Of a stretch of DNA of 64,000 bases, positions 11,901 through 25,318 are shown one piece after another. Below the pieces are notes generated by a model. That model searched no databases. It saw nothing but the letters and a program-made list of their open reading frames with translations, and was not told where the DNA came from. Origin of the DNA: Tubiluchus corallicola (lineage: Eukaryota; Animalia; Priapulida). A program made the translations under genes and the position numbers. The stretch spans positions 1-64,000 of the forward strand of contig JAQGDQ010000612.1 of the NCBI GenBank assembly GCA_030141605.1. The letters run 5' to 3'. Numbering within the stretch: the first letter of the stretch is position 1; each line of letters begins with the position of its first letter.

Positions 11901-14900
11901 TTGAAAAAAATTCTTAGTAATTTAAATTGCTCCAGCTGGAAAACATCACTGTATCACCATCCCAGTGTGCACCACTGGCTCACCAAAAAGGATAATGTTC
12001 ATCTTATTGATAAGATAAAGTAGTTTTTACTTTTTTACTTACTTAGTGAAGTGTGTGCTACAAATGTTCTGATTATGTTTTCAAACTGTCTTCAACTTAA
12101 CTGAATTTGCTTCAATTTCTTACTCAACGACGGACTGTTGAAATGGCCGCATCCAACTGTCAGTGTTGGAGTTTAAGCTTACAAGTTTTATACAGTGTTA
12201 TTGCTGATGCAAACTCTATGCAATAGCACAGCATGTAGGTGATATGAAATTTCAAGACAAATTTTTAGCTGTTTGTAAGAATTCAGTTTTCTTGTCCTTT
12301 AACTTTCTCTTGCAAAGCACAGTTACGTCTACGGTTATGTCACAGTTATATTTGATACAGTGGGTAGAAGTTCACCCTTCAACAAGCTCTTTTTCTACCC
12401 ATTGTTCTTGAGTTTTTTTACATCAAATTTTTAGCTTGTTATTATACTGTCATAATATATTTGACCATCAAAGAACCGGTATTCAAAATATGATTAGAAT
12501 TTTATAAATGATTTATAAAATCTGATTTTTAAATGATTGAAATTCATTAGTGTGGTTATAAATTATGAATTTTTAAGTAAGGATAATAGCCAAGAGGCCA
12601 TGGGGACTTAAAGGCCAAAGTTAGGTAAAGGCAATTCTGATCAGAAAGTGGATAGGTGAATCCCACTGTGAAAGCTGCTTCTAGGTGGTTTAAAATGTTG
12701 ATGAGGTGTGATTAATTGAAAAGAATGATTATTTGACAAATACTGTACTGCTAACAAACGCTTTGAATAAGGTATTTTGTCACAAAATGATGCTGTCTCC
12801 TTTTTGCTATTATAGTTTTCTGTATTCTGCTTTTTAGAAGATTTAATAGGCTGTTGATTTGCTGTTTCACTGTAACCACTATCAAGTAAAAGTTCTTTTC
12901 TCATTTGTCAAAAACTTGAGCTGTGAAATCCACAGATTCTGCACAATTTTACCATTTTTTGCAGTCGGTTACCTTCAAGAAGTCCAGCAGGACATTGGCT
13001 CATTCCATGTTTTTGAAGAACATCAAATTGACCATCATCATTATTGTTGTTGTCTTAGTAAGTACTTCAGTTTTTCGTATATTCACGGTAAATATCAGGT
13101 GGCAGAAAAGAATGTACCAACGTTTTCGTTATGATGTTATGACAAGAAAACAATGGAATTGCTCGAAAATTACCACGCTAATGTTGCATACACTTTTGTA
13201 TAAACACCAAAAATTTTGGAAAAAAATTGTGAGTTACTACTGCTAAAATTTACAGCAAGTACTCTCTGCCTACCATTTTAACTACAAACTAGACAAAGGC
13301 ATTTCTTCCAACAGCTGGTGACACATTTTCTCATTTCATTAAAGATGTTTCATCTCAGCACATAGCAATTTTTGTATTTATTTCCTATGCATCGAATGCC
13401 TTTGTGCTGCGTTCGTATATTTTCTCTTTAAGGAAATTTAAGATACCATTGTCCGGAGGGTTAAGTCCCACTTTTTTCTCTATAACAAATCCTTAAGTGT
13501 TTTATTTTCTGTGGTGGAGACCATGATGTAAACTGGATGATTTCTTTTTCATTTTGCTGCCATCTACTGAGCGCTTTATAAGGCAAAGTGGTTGCTTTTT
13601 AATCGATGACCAGCTAACATTGTTCGGGCATTTAATTTTTTAACATGCAAAAGCTTTTCAGTCATAACTTATAAATCACTAAAGTTATAAATTAGTAATT
13701 GCGACAGCCAAAAGCTAATGTATTATAATGCCGTGTTGTCAAATTTAAACTTTGTAAACTTTTGTTTGTCAACATTATATAAACTTTGGTACATTTTTCT
13801 GCACCACCTGATCTAGAAAGTCGTGTGCTGGTTTTACACCTGTGCAGTGTGCAATTCTAGTACTGGTGTTTGTCGGTGTTACCTTGCTTTTTAAAGGGAA
13901 AAGTTAGCAAACTTTGAAGCATGTTTTATCAAAAGTGCAGAATAAAGTAGTAAAAGCTATTACCACTCTTACTTTTCGAAAGGAAAATTCATAATTATTG
14001 AAATAATTCTCATCAGCAGTCAAGAAGATGAACGTGTTTATCAAAAGTTTACAATCCCAGCATGAATCAGTAACTCAAAAAAAAAAGATTGTTAAAAACT
14101 TATTGATGAAGTAATGTAAATTATCTTTATTAAACTATGATTTCAGCACTCCTAGTTTTCTGCATATTTTTTTACAAATTGGAACTGTATCATGAGAACT
14201 TCCTCTAGCTTCTTGACAGATTACCTGTGTCTTCAACCCTTAAAATAGCTACATCTAGCTGTCAATATGGAATTTTTCTAGTTTATAAAATTAGCTTTTT
14301 AGTACTACATATTGGTGACATAAAGCTTTAGTTTAGTGGATTATTTAGTGTCTATTTCAATAGATTAAAGGACAAAATCAACAGATTTTCACATACAGCT
14401 CAAAAAATCTGAGTAAACTAAAGCTTTATGTCACCAATATCTAGTAGCCAACATGGAATTTTTCTAGTTTATAAAATTAGCTTTTAGTACTACATATAGC
14501 ATTTTGCTTCCTGCCCACCCACCTGTGTTCATACTTAATAAAAGAATGTGTATATTTCAAAGTGCAAATAGATGATAATGTTTCCTCCTTCATTGTCCAA
14601 TACTTCTGAATTCATGAACAAATATGTTCACCAAAATGCCACTTAGAACGAGTGCTGCATGCAAAAATTATTGATGATCATGAACATTAAGTTTATGCAC
14701 GCCAAACTGTTTCGCATGTCAGTCAAGGTTACAGCACTGCTTGCGATGATGACTGACTGATCAGCTGAACTACTTAGTATTTATACCAGATTGGAGTTTT
14801 TCTAACTTTTATTGCCTTTTGCATTTCACTTCATTCAAATGAATTTACGGTAACAAATTACAATTTGCATCCTGTTTAACTGTAGATGTATAACATAAAA

Positions 14901-15554
14901 TAACAGTTCAATGCAAACTTGACAAAATTCTGTAGTTGGGTGAACCTAAAGAAGCCTGGAAAAACAGCTGGGGGATAAAAAGAAATAATTAACGTTAGTA
15001 GATTAATGTCACGTTAATGTAGCATAAGTAGATTAATGTCACGTTAATGTAAAGTTAGTAGATTAATGTTACGCCAATGTAACATTAGTAGATTAATGTC
15101 ATGTTAATGTAACATTAGTAGATTATTGTCACGTTAATGTAACGTTAGTAGATTAATGTCATGTTAATGTAACATTAGTAGATTAATGTCATGTTAATGT
15201 AACGTTAGTAGATTAATGTCACGTTATTGTAACATTAGTAGATTAATGTCATGTTAATGTAACGTTAGTAGATTAATGTCACGTTAATGTAAAGTTAGTA
15301 GATTAATGTTACGCCAATGTAACATTAGTAGATTAATGTCATGTTAATGTAACGTTAGTAGATTAACCAATACGTGAACATATTTTTGCGATGCAGAAGT
15401 GAAATAACTTTGATAATGTATCTACATAATGTACATTGACTCTTTTGTAGTTTGACCTCTTGCGGCCATTTTATTTTCACAGGTCATCATCTACTTCATA
15501 ATCTCTGCGGCCTGCGGTGGCCTTGGCTGGCAGAAATGTGTCGGGAAAGGTTGA
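5907..15554 (+). CDS. VAMP7: Vesicle-associated membrane protein 7 (longin R-SNARE)
   Basis: Exons: 5907-6052 (MPILYGVVARGVTVLAKHASCAGNFSEVTEQILAKIPP...), 6538-6595, 9194-9331 (EFERSRAFLFL...), 10425-10515, 11737-11804 (NIAARGERLELLVDKTENL), 12965-13057, 15483-15554 (VIIYFIISAACGGLGWQKCVGKG*). Longin, SNARE and TM segments are present and all introns are GT-AG in frame. Confidence 0.97.
7865..8353. mobile_element. Tc1/mariner (pogo/Tigger-like) MITE
   Basis: TA|cagtgttcctc ... gagggaacactg|TA, i.e. terminal inverted repeats with a TA target duplication. Confidence 0.85.
8527..9030. mobile_element. Tc1/mariner (Tigger-like) MITE, second family
   Basis: TA|cggtagtacctctgttttcga ... tcgaaaacggaggtataactg|TA. 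Confidence 0.85.
10965..11539. mobile_element. hAT-like non-autonomous element
   Basis: Imperfect TIRs cataggcgtctgct / agcggacacccttg. Flanking 8-mers attctaac / attctgat look like a degenerate TSD. Confidence 0.55.
11814..12298. mobile_element. Kolobok/T2-like MITE, copy C
   Basis: Ends ttttcttgtcct|TTAA, body aligns to copy A, and it starts about 10 nt after the VAMP7 exon-5 donor. Confidence 0.7.
14990..15366. repeat. Minisatellite, 30-bp unit, about 12.5 copies, last VAMP7 intron
   Basis: Unit aacgttagtagattaatgtcacgttaatgt. Confidence 0.95.
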
Positions 15555-16536
15555 GGACGAGTTTATATCAGGAAATACGGAGTCATGCTTCAATGCAGAT
15601 ATTCACTGAGGTTTAGTCATCTTGTCTTCTCATGCTTGTATTTAAATCTAAGGTCCTTTGACAAAATTTTGCTTTTTTTATATTGATCTGTTTAAAAATG
15701 AAATATTTACTGTTTGCAACTGCATCACTTTAAAAACTCGCTTGTTTAATCAAAAAATGACCTCGTTAAGAATAGTTTAGCATTCGAAAGTGAAACAGCT
15801 CGATACCAGGCTTGGATCTAACAGAAGCTGCTCACACAAAATAGTCGCCAATCCTATCGCCGTTTTTCGACTGGTTGTATCAGTTGGTTTTTATTTTTTT
15901 CCATCAATTTTTCACTTCATAGAAGTTTATCTGAGACCTTTTGAACTGTAAGCAATTTTTCAGGCATTGATAATGAATTAACAATAATCCAGATTTGCGT
16001 AAAATTCTGAATTCATTTTTACTGTAAACGTGCTTTGCTTCATGTATCATTCTGTAATTTTTCCTGCAGCGACAATATAAATTATGGATGTTGAGACCTG
16101 TTGTTTTTCATATTATTTGCATCAGAGTGTAAAAGAATAAAATCCCGAAACTGTTTTGCGCTTCGTTTCTCGACTTCCCAGAATGGCTTAGCTTAATTGC
16201 AACTGATTTTTGTTAAAAAAAATAGACTCGCAACTAAGAGTATAAGGGAGACTGGAACTTGTCACTTTACCAGAAATCCAGTTTTTATGTTTCTTCCCTT
16301 TATGTTTCCTAATCGGAGTTAATCAGCGATGACTTCACTTAAGCAGGATTTTTAGGGACCTAAGAACTCTGATGGGGCGACTGTTCTTATATGCATAGTA
16401 ACTATCTGGGACTTTTACATCAGATGTGAGGTAAAAACTTCAGACTTGATCAGATACAAATTAGCCAGTGATGACTGTGGTTACGCCAACCATCGGTCTC
16501 GTCAACATCAATAAATTAATTTGTATTTTATCTGCA

Positions 16537-16617
16537 AATGGCTTGAGTTATATCACTTCTTGTTGATATTAGAATGGCTTCAGTTATATCACTTCTTGTT
16601 GATATTAGAATGGCTTG
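16537..16617. repeat. Short tandem duplication of about 36 bp
   Basis: aatggcttgagttatatcacttcttgttgatattag occurs twice, plus a partial third copy. Confidence 0.85.
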
Positions 16618-18377
16618 ATGTTTATTTGGATGTTTTCAGACTCACATAATTGAGCACTACAGTGATTTGTAATTACATTTTACTCCATTTTGCATTGCAT
16701 TATAAGCTGATAAGTTCTGTAAGGGAACTAATGTAAAACGTTGTAACTTTTCTACTAGTAACTATTTGGTCTTTACAATGCTAGTGGTGTGTCGATAGAC
16801 TGGTTTTGTGTAAATTTGCTTCGCAGAGTATGTTAGTATGGCTGTGCTAAAGAATGTTTATTTATTGATTTTTCGAAGCATTGATTAGATCAAAATCAAA
16901 TAATGCAATTTGAAATTTGTCATTTTGTATATACGCATCATTATGTGTAATCCGTTATTAAATTTGTTATAAAAACATGAACATTTTGTTTATGAAAATT
17001 TTCTTGTGTCAACTTTTCATTTACAGAATAATGAACACTTTCCAAATTAGATATAAGACAAATGTACAGTTAACCACTATAAATCAAATCAAATTCCCGA
17101 GTTGATATTTCAGTCGGAAATGAGAATCTATTTAATGCATCTAATTCCTTGTTCCTTCATAAAATCCATATACATACAAAATAAAGAATTCATATTACAT
17201 TTTTGACTTTAACAGTACTTTCTTTTTGTCTTACAATAAACAATTTGAAGTATTAGTTTTTGTCATGCACAGACAAGACTGCACAACAATTATACAATAC
17301 AGTTTTGACAATATAGTTTTATACACTTCTTAGGTATATATTTTGTTTTTGCCATTCCCTCATACAAATTTCAATGCCAAACACATTAAAGGAAAACAAC
17401 AGCTGTTGTGTTTTAATATACACTTAAAAATATTGAAATTACCACATAATATGTTTAAAAATTGCCTTGTTTAAAAATTTGAATAAATTTGAATCACTCC
17501 AATCTCCCGCCAAACAATCCTCGCTGCGGACGTATTTTAACAAAATGACGGTAAGCTGGTGGACAGCACGAAAACGGTGCAACAAAGTTTCTGCAGTTCA
17601 TTCAGATATTCCACTCCGCTTCCTGAGAGACTTGGCTTTTGCTTTGAGCAGATTCAAAAATTCAAGTTCCAGTAGCTAACTACAGTTCAGTAGACAATGA
17701 GGTAAAATGAGTTATTACAGAACAAAGTGGAAGGAATGAACAAGAACAAGTTCCCCATCCTTGAGTGAATGCACAACAATAAGACATTCCCCACGGTTAA
17801 TATTAACAGCGGTGTAGTAACCTCTCCCACTGTTACTTATCTATTAATCATGTCTGGTACTACTGGCCACACTGAAACATTTGATACCTGAAACAAAACT
17901 GCACCTACTTTTCAGAACAAGTTAAAGTCAAAAGTATCATAAGTACCTTTCATTCGTTCCGTTATTGCTACCTAGATTGGCTCAGTTTTAAGGGTTGTAG
18001 AGATATGATGGAAGATGGTATAACAGATGGATTGATGCACACATGAAAGAATCCACAACGTTTTCCATGGACATTTTGTATGGGTAATCCAGTTAACAAC
18101 CTAGATTAAAGTAACAATAGCGTAAAAACACACACAGCATTTTCTTCTTTTCTTGGTGACACGATCCATGGTTTCATATAATTATCTTTAAACAAAAAGT
18201 TTACTCCATCCAACAGTGAAGAATTTGATTCAGAAGTCTTGGACCTTCAACTTGAAAGCCAATTCTTGCTTGTGAACAAAGTGATATATCTGGTCCAATC
18301 AGTGCTCGCTTCAACCAAATTACAATCATCGTGGTACAGCACAGGGGGAGTCGTGGAATGAAACGTAACTCCTTACA

Positions 18378-20517
18378 TCATCTCTTCTTGTACTTGCAGG
18401 GAGCTAAAATTATCGATGGTTGCTTTCCCATGCGGGGTGGTTCTTCTGACTTTTGAAAGTCAAATAAGAGAAACATATTGTTGCTTAAGTCCTGAAAGAA
18501 TACAAATACTATTAGACCTATTTTCTAAACAAGAGCTAAAGGTTTGTATGAGATGAAACAAATTTTGGTGGCAAAAAGGTGTGCTGTACAAGGCTGAAAT
18601 GTCTAATACGCTGTGTGCCTAGTGTGCATATTTAAATTCACCTAAGAGGTTTTTACTTGTATTCGTTTGCAATGTTTGGAAAAGTTAATACAGTCAACCT
18701 TGGGTATAAGGTACTCGCTTATAAGGGACTGCCAATACTGGTCCCGATTTTTCGTAACGTTTTTCCTTATAAAAATCTTCGTATATAAGGTACTCGGATA
18801 TAAGGGATTTTCGGTTATAAGGGACGATATCTTCAGGTCCCGCATAATAGAAACCCAGGTAAATTACCTCGCATATAAGAGACCCTATGATCAAAGTGAA
18901 ATTGATCGATTTTTAACCTCAATTTTTCGCAAACTCGGCCTTCGAACAGCTCGGTTTCCACGGTCACATACATCTCGCATCACTGAAGGAGCTTCCTACA
19001 TACTGTTTGCACTGAATGTGCACCAATAATCCATAAAAATATGGGTAAAAGTACAGGTCTAGATACACCCTCGGTCTGACTCAACTTCGGCTATAACTGG
19101 CATCGGACATAAGGCATGGTTTTTTCCCTTACATCCGAGGTTGACTGCATTTTAATATAAGTTCAAGGAGGTTAGCAATTTATACTAATGAAGGCACTTC
19201 CGTGTAACAACAATTCAGGGAATATTCCCTGCAGTTCACAGAAGCAGACAGTTAGTAAAACAGAGTTGTAAGTTGTTGAAAATGGAACCAACAAGAATTG
19301 AAAAGCTTTGTGCAACATTGATGCAACTTTAGTAACAAGAAATTTAAAGTTAGTACATGCTGAAATTTTGAACTTGCTATGATGTATAAGAGCAAGATTG
19401 CAAGATAGTAAGCTAAAATCAAATTTATAAAATATGCAAAAGGAATAATTGGATAATTAGTTCATTTCTTTAAGTTTCTACCCAAAATAAAACCAGGAAA
19501 ATCTTGGTATTAAACAATACCAAAAAACCTTTTTCAAGACATATCGGATACGTTATAATAATCATATACTTAAGTGGTATTACAGATAGTTTTCAGTTTA
19601 TAATGCTAAAGTGTTTTATATCAGATCGTGCCAAGCTGCTCAAGCATAATATAAAAGGTGTATGCACACGTACAATTGTCTCTTATACCGAGTCAGTCTT
19701 ACTGATGACAGTGGTTTTGACAATTACATTGCACAATGCTCAGTACAACACGCAGATGACAATTTTATGGTTTATGCCCCTTAACACTTCATACCTTATG
19801 AAGTAAACGAAATCCGAGTTGCTCCACAGATTGGGTAAATTTTGAGATGTGTTCAAATCTGCTGGCGACTTCAGCCACCTTGAGTTTTCCCCTGAAAATG
19901 GAGCACATTTGAACAATGATCCCTAGAGTGGCTAAACACTTTACCAATGCTAAGCCACTTTTGGATATTTAAGATGTCAGACGACATGCAAACAATTTAA
20001 AATATGCATTTAAATTTCCGACAGCTCTGCAAACCCACACATGGGTTTTGGGTTTTAGCACACATGCACGGTAAAGAAACAAGAAGAAGCACACACAGTC
20101 TGAAACTCGTTCCTCTTATAAAAGTTTTGCCACCATTAGCATTCATGAAAACATTAAGGTGTAATACAGGTCGTGCAACATCTGGATTGTCTTTATCACA
20201 TGGTTCTCTTACTGGATTCAACGTTATTTGAAGCAGAAATTCATTTACGGTTATCAAGAAAGGGAATGGGCTATCTTACTTGCATTTCAGCACCCTCCGT
20301 GCTTCCTTGAGGTAGTCAACAAGATTAGTGCCCATGAGAGAGAGGCAAAATACAGCAACATCAACTGAGTCATCGTTCAGCGGAACCTACAAACATGCGA
20401 AAGTGCTTAAGAATGAAATGCATACTGCACTGACATATTATTATTATCATTATTATTGTCATTATTATCATTGTTGTTGTTATTATTATTATTATTGTTA
20501 ATGTTATTATTATTATG

Positions 20518-20553
<36 letters not shown>

Positions 20554-23500
20554 GTTAATGTTATTATTATTGTTGTTGTTGTTATTGTTATTATTATTAT
20601 TATTATTGTTGTTGTTGTTGTTGATGTTGTTATATTATTATTATTACTATTATTGTTATTATTATCATTATTTCACCATTTCCTTGTACTGTATTTGAAA
20701 TTCTGTCATGTCAATCCAAGTAAAAAGCAAAAAATATGAAAAGTTTGAAAAGTTAGTGAACAAGATTTCACTTTTGCTACAATTTTTTCAAATTAGCCGG
20801 CAATTAATGGATATTGTTAATCAGATTACAACTGTGAATGCCAGAATGTTTATAAACTATTATGGTTTATTTCACAACAATTATTACTAACTGCCGGTGA
20901 TGAGTTGAGAATGAAAAGAGACGTTGAAAAATTAAGGTTTAAAAGTTGCTCGTGCGTTTTCTGGTTCATGTTTGCCATTTCACAAGTTTATATGCAAACA
21001 ACGTAATTAGCTTACTAGAGATTAAACACCTTCTGTTTTCAAACACTTTGGCTGCTAGCAGTGCTTGTATTAAGTCAACTACTGCTCACTGCACTGATTG
21101 AGAGGTATCTACTGTACACTCCACAGCTGCAGCTTGAATTAGTTCATGTCATTTTTATAAGAATTCGGTCAAGTCGATCAAGTGCTAAATATCATTGGCT
21201 CAGAATATCATGATACTGATGCATTTCGATGATACACATATTGCAATAAGAGATATCATGACGAATTGATACATCGATGTATCATTACAGGCCTACAGAT
21301 CTGATTTGCTAACATCTAGGGTCTTTTTTGCCACCCTTTCTCCAATACTAACAATTTATTTTTGCTATGTAATTGTTTGTTGCGTGTATTATAACAGATA
21401 AATAAAGTTACTATCTATCTATATCTATCTACAAAACACATTACCATTCACGTTTAACCGGATTCTATGAATATACCTGCGCCATGTCACAAGATGTGAC
21501 ATATTCGTTAAGTGCTACCAGATCAAATGAGTACACCTTATTAGGAAGAGACTGTGCAAGCTTTGCATCTCCACAACCGAAATCAGCAATGACTAGAGAT
21601 GATGACCTAGAAATACAACAAAGAAGACTCAGTGATAGTTGCACTCTAAAGAGGTACAAAGGCAATGCATCGTACTATATTATTTTTCCCATTCTTTGAT
21701 TTATTGATCAAAATTTTTTATAAACTTTCTTCGTTTATTCTTAAGTCATTCGAAAAAAATAGTTATTCTTAATGCATTTACAAACTTTTAAGTATTAAAA
21801 AGATACAACTGCAACTTCTTGTTCCATCTACTAGTGTACAAAGTTAATCCGAATATAAAGGCAGAAATAGAAATTTAAAAACTTATTATTAATTTGCAGG
21901 TAAAAAATACTATAAAGATTATATATATTGCACTAATTCAATAACTCACGCAAACAAGGCACTAATCTGCAATCATAAATAGCACTAGAATTTTTGCTAG
22001 GCTGAAAAGTTGCAGTGTGTGCTTAGAACAAGAAGTTAAGTAATGCTGGTCCTGATTAATAAATGGATGGGTGATTAACAGAAAAATTTCTGCTAAACTT
22101 TCCTTTACTGCCACTGATTACTTGGAGCAGCCAAAGTTAAGAAAATTTTCTGAGAATTTAAATAGATTTGTTTGTAAATATGAATGATAATTTGTTATAA
22201 GCAATCTTATGAGGCAGGCAAACATCTGATAACATTGTCATAGCTGAAACAAGTTAAAAGTCTTTTTCACAACTCACATCTTTTTTAAGCTGTTTATAAT
22301 TTTATCAAGTGGATTTTCTGGCCACTGTTTCACTTGTGTGGTAAAACCGTCATGATAGACATGAAAGCTTTCTGGATCACCCCGAAACATCCGCTGTGCT
22401 TCTGATCCCGTGGAAGTATACAGCTGCTCGTTTAGATAACGAAATCTAAAGGATAGAAAAAGTCATTTGAAGTACAACAATTCAATCTGCTTCGAAACAT
22501 TAAAGAATGATTAACTTGATGATGCAATATGTACAGCACCTTACACCGTAGAAAAGGGTTTCAAAGTAAGTTTATTATTTTTAAATATTGTTATCTCATT
22601 GTTACTATTATTATTCATTATGAAATATAAAGGCAGTACTTTATTCGTACCAAGGAAGGAGTGTTGTAATGAGTTAGCAATGGTAATGCTTTGTTCAACG
22701 GGTATTTCAGTAAATTTCTGAAAACTGCCATTATCATAACTAACAAAAATTGCAATATCTCATTGGTAATCTTAGAATTCTCGACTCAACATAAAATTTA
22801 CAATGGCTTGGTAACAACTCAAAATCATAAAAAGCTACTAATAGCCTACCATTTTGAGTCTTATACATTTGCACTTTTGAAATTGTTCAGAATTCATTGT
22901 AGTCATTGAGGTAGTGTAAGAATACTTATATCCAGTTATTTACATACTTTGGTACATTTCCACATTTTTATTACTGTTTTCCACAAACGCAACCACTTTA
23001 ATCAGACCTATTAAAGTTTGCAAAAAAATAGAAATCATGACTGCAAAAAATGTTAATACTGCCATGTGAGCAAGCCTCACTTTTGCTTTTCAGAATGTCT
23101 TAGAAGACAAACTGGTGTTCTGTTTTTGAGTGAATTGCAGTCACTTGTCTTGCAAAAACAGCGCACCCAAAACACAAATCAGAATCAAATGTAGCTAAAA
23201 AAGAATGCATTAATCAAATAAGAACAGAGTAGAAATTTATTCTGTAGTCTCGTGTCACTGACAGCTGCAAATCAGTTATGATAGTGCCTCCAATAATGTA
23301 GTTTCAAGTTACTATTACTGTCAACACTCATCTGTCAAAGCTTATTATATACAAAAACCAAACCTGGCAGCTTTTAGTCTGTCCTGCATTTTCTCTTTTA
23401 GTTGCTGCGAGAGACTACCACCCTTTTTTTGTCTTGCCTCACTGATTTTCTGTAAAGACTGTTCAGTTTCTTTCAAATTTAAATTCAATTCTCTGTGGTA

Positions 23501-24715
23501 ATCACTTGCTCCGGTGTCATCTCCATCCGTCAAAACATCTGCTTTTCTTTTTGCAGCTTTGTTTTTGTTGCTGGTCGTCTTTTTTTTCCTTTTTACTGCT
23601 TCTTGTACTTCAGTATCACTTATTTTATCACTAAAAGTTAAACTTTCTGAAACAACATCATTGTGTCTTATGACAGAACTGTTTTTCTGACTTTTCTTGT
23701 TGGCATTTTTTGAAATCTTAACTTTTTTCTTAACTGTTTCTTGTTTTCTGTTGACTAACGAGTCTTGTCTTAAGTCCCTCTTTAATTTTTTCGTATGCTT
23801 GATTCCAATCACATCATCTTTTGCATTTGACTTTTTGCTTTTTCTTTGATGATTTTTTGGCACTTTTCCATGATCATCTTGCCTATTTTCCTGTTGCCCT
23901 TTTTTGATAATAAATTCCTTGTGGGATTGATTACATGAACTGTTCTTTTCTAATTCATTTTTACAAACTTCCGAAAGATTGTCAGTTTGCTGCACAAAAG
24001 AATTCTCTTTGGTAAGCATCTCGTTTTGCCGCTTCAGTTTTCTCTTCATTTTTAATGTCATTTTCTTCGGTACAACATTCACAGAATGCTCATTATTTGA
24101 AGATAATGAGTCAATGTGTTTCTTCTTTCGAGAACGCTTTCTTTTTCTAGGGTTTATATTAAAATTTGCATCAGAAGGTGTTGTCTTCTCGAAGCTAGCC
24201 TCGAATGCTGCTTTCCTTTTTGCTTTCAGTTTTAATCTTTTCTTCTTATATTTTCCTGTGCTAACCTGTGACAAAAAATGCAATTACATTTCATCTTTGC
24301 TAAACATTATCCCAAATTAACAGCTAAGTTAAACAATTATGAATTAAATGAAAAATTAAGACTCTCACATAGATGTTTATGACCAGCTTACGATCACTGT
24401 GGCAAAAATCGTGGTGAACTGTAAGAGTTACAAAAAATAAATCATTTACGGATTTTACGCACTAACTAATTAATACAGTGCCAAACTGATTAAATTCCTG
24501 TCTACGAGAGAACATCATGAAATTTTTCTACAATGCAGGGACACTCCTGCATTTATATAAGCTTAGAGACAGTGTTTTAACTTTTCGACAATTATAGGCA
24601 CACGCACAAAAATGCTAAGAATAAAACTAACTTTGACCGAATCACGGCTACAAAATAAGTCATTTTCCAATGCTGCTAAAGTCTGAATATTATCCCACTC
24701 CTGTTCTTGAAACAT
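18378..24715 (-). CDS. RRP8: Ribosomal RNA-processing protein 8 / nucleomethylin (SAM-dependent rRNA m1A methyltransferase), about 533 aa
   Basis: Exons: 24715-24632 (MFQEQEWD...), 24265-23364 (Lys-rich, ends DRLKAAR), 22445-22278 ([10 protein letters not shown]...QVKQWPENP), 21606-21477 ([13 protein letters not shown]), 20386-20280 ([14 protein letters not shown]), 19891-19795 ([10 protein letters not shown]), 18491-18378 (LAPCKYKKR*). Phases are consistent throughout. Confidence 0.96.
18691..19147. mobile_element. Tc1/mariner-type MITE in RRP8 intron 6
   Basis: TA|cagtcaaccttgggt ... atccgaggttgactg TIRs, with internal repeats of a tataagg motif. Confidence 0.75.
20436..20670. repeat. (ATT/GTT)n microsatellite
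   Basis: Trinucleotide run that explains the spurious poly-Ile/Val ORF 20515-20739. Confidence 0.95.
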
Positions 24716-25048
24716 TATTATCTTCTCATTAAAAAAAATCAACTGGAAGCAGACATCTTAACCACAGTGCAAGTTGGGATTTTATCACGTGGGCAAACTG
24801 ACCAATTATGATATAACTCACGAAAGTGTGACACAAAACACAGCCAATAATAGAAGAGGGTGTGTCCTACTGCGCGAAGGCAATGCTTGGAATACCCATA
24901 TTAGAAAGCAGCGGGCAGCTTGCTTGCTTGGAGAATACACTGCTGTTAGGTTTGTTTGTGCAGGTCGAAAAGTTGGGTCATGAACTGTGATTAAATGAGT
25001 TTGATATCTTGAATAAACGTAAGCGAGGTGGCTTGTTGTGAAGTAAGT
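24716..25048. promoter_or_regulatory. Bidirectional promoter of RRP8 and ILK, with probable ILK non-coding exon 1
   Basis: Divergent ATGs at 24715 and 25319. E-box CACGTG at 24786, CCAAT at 24802 and 24844, candidate 5'UTR donor gtaagt at 25043. Confidence 0.7.
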
Positions 25049-25318
25049 GCTAAAAACTTTGGTGTGTTTTGACGTGTAGTTGTTTTCTGTTCCTCATACA
25101 TTCTGGATTGAAAGTGGATCTACAGTCTACACCCTGTTGTATTAGACTTGAGTGGGACAACGAAATTTGATCTTCGAGAGGGGTGGGCAGTTTGTCCCTC
25201 TTCACTCATTGTGGTTCATTTAATAAAATATTTATTGCTATTTGATGTACAATAGATGGTTTGCAATCATTTTACCCTGGAATAACTTTCTGATGTTTTC
25301 GTCAGTGACAGCTTACTG

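Noticed and set aside
20515-20739. Hydrophobic poly-I/V/L ORF (likewise 34617-35012 and 54369-54578)
   Set aside because: These are translations of trinucleotide microsatellites.
23345-24283. 312-aa Lys-rich ORF as a standalone gene
   Set aside because: It is RRP8 exon 2 (24265-23364), with valid splice sites on both sides.
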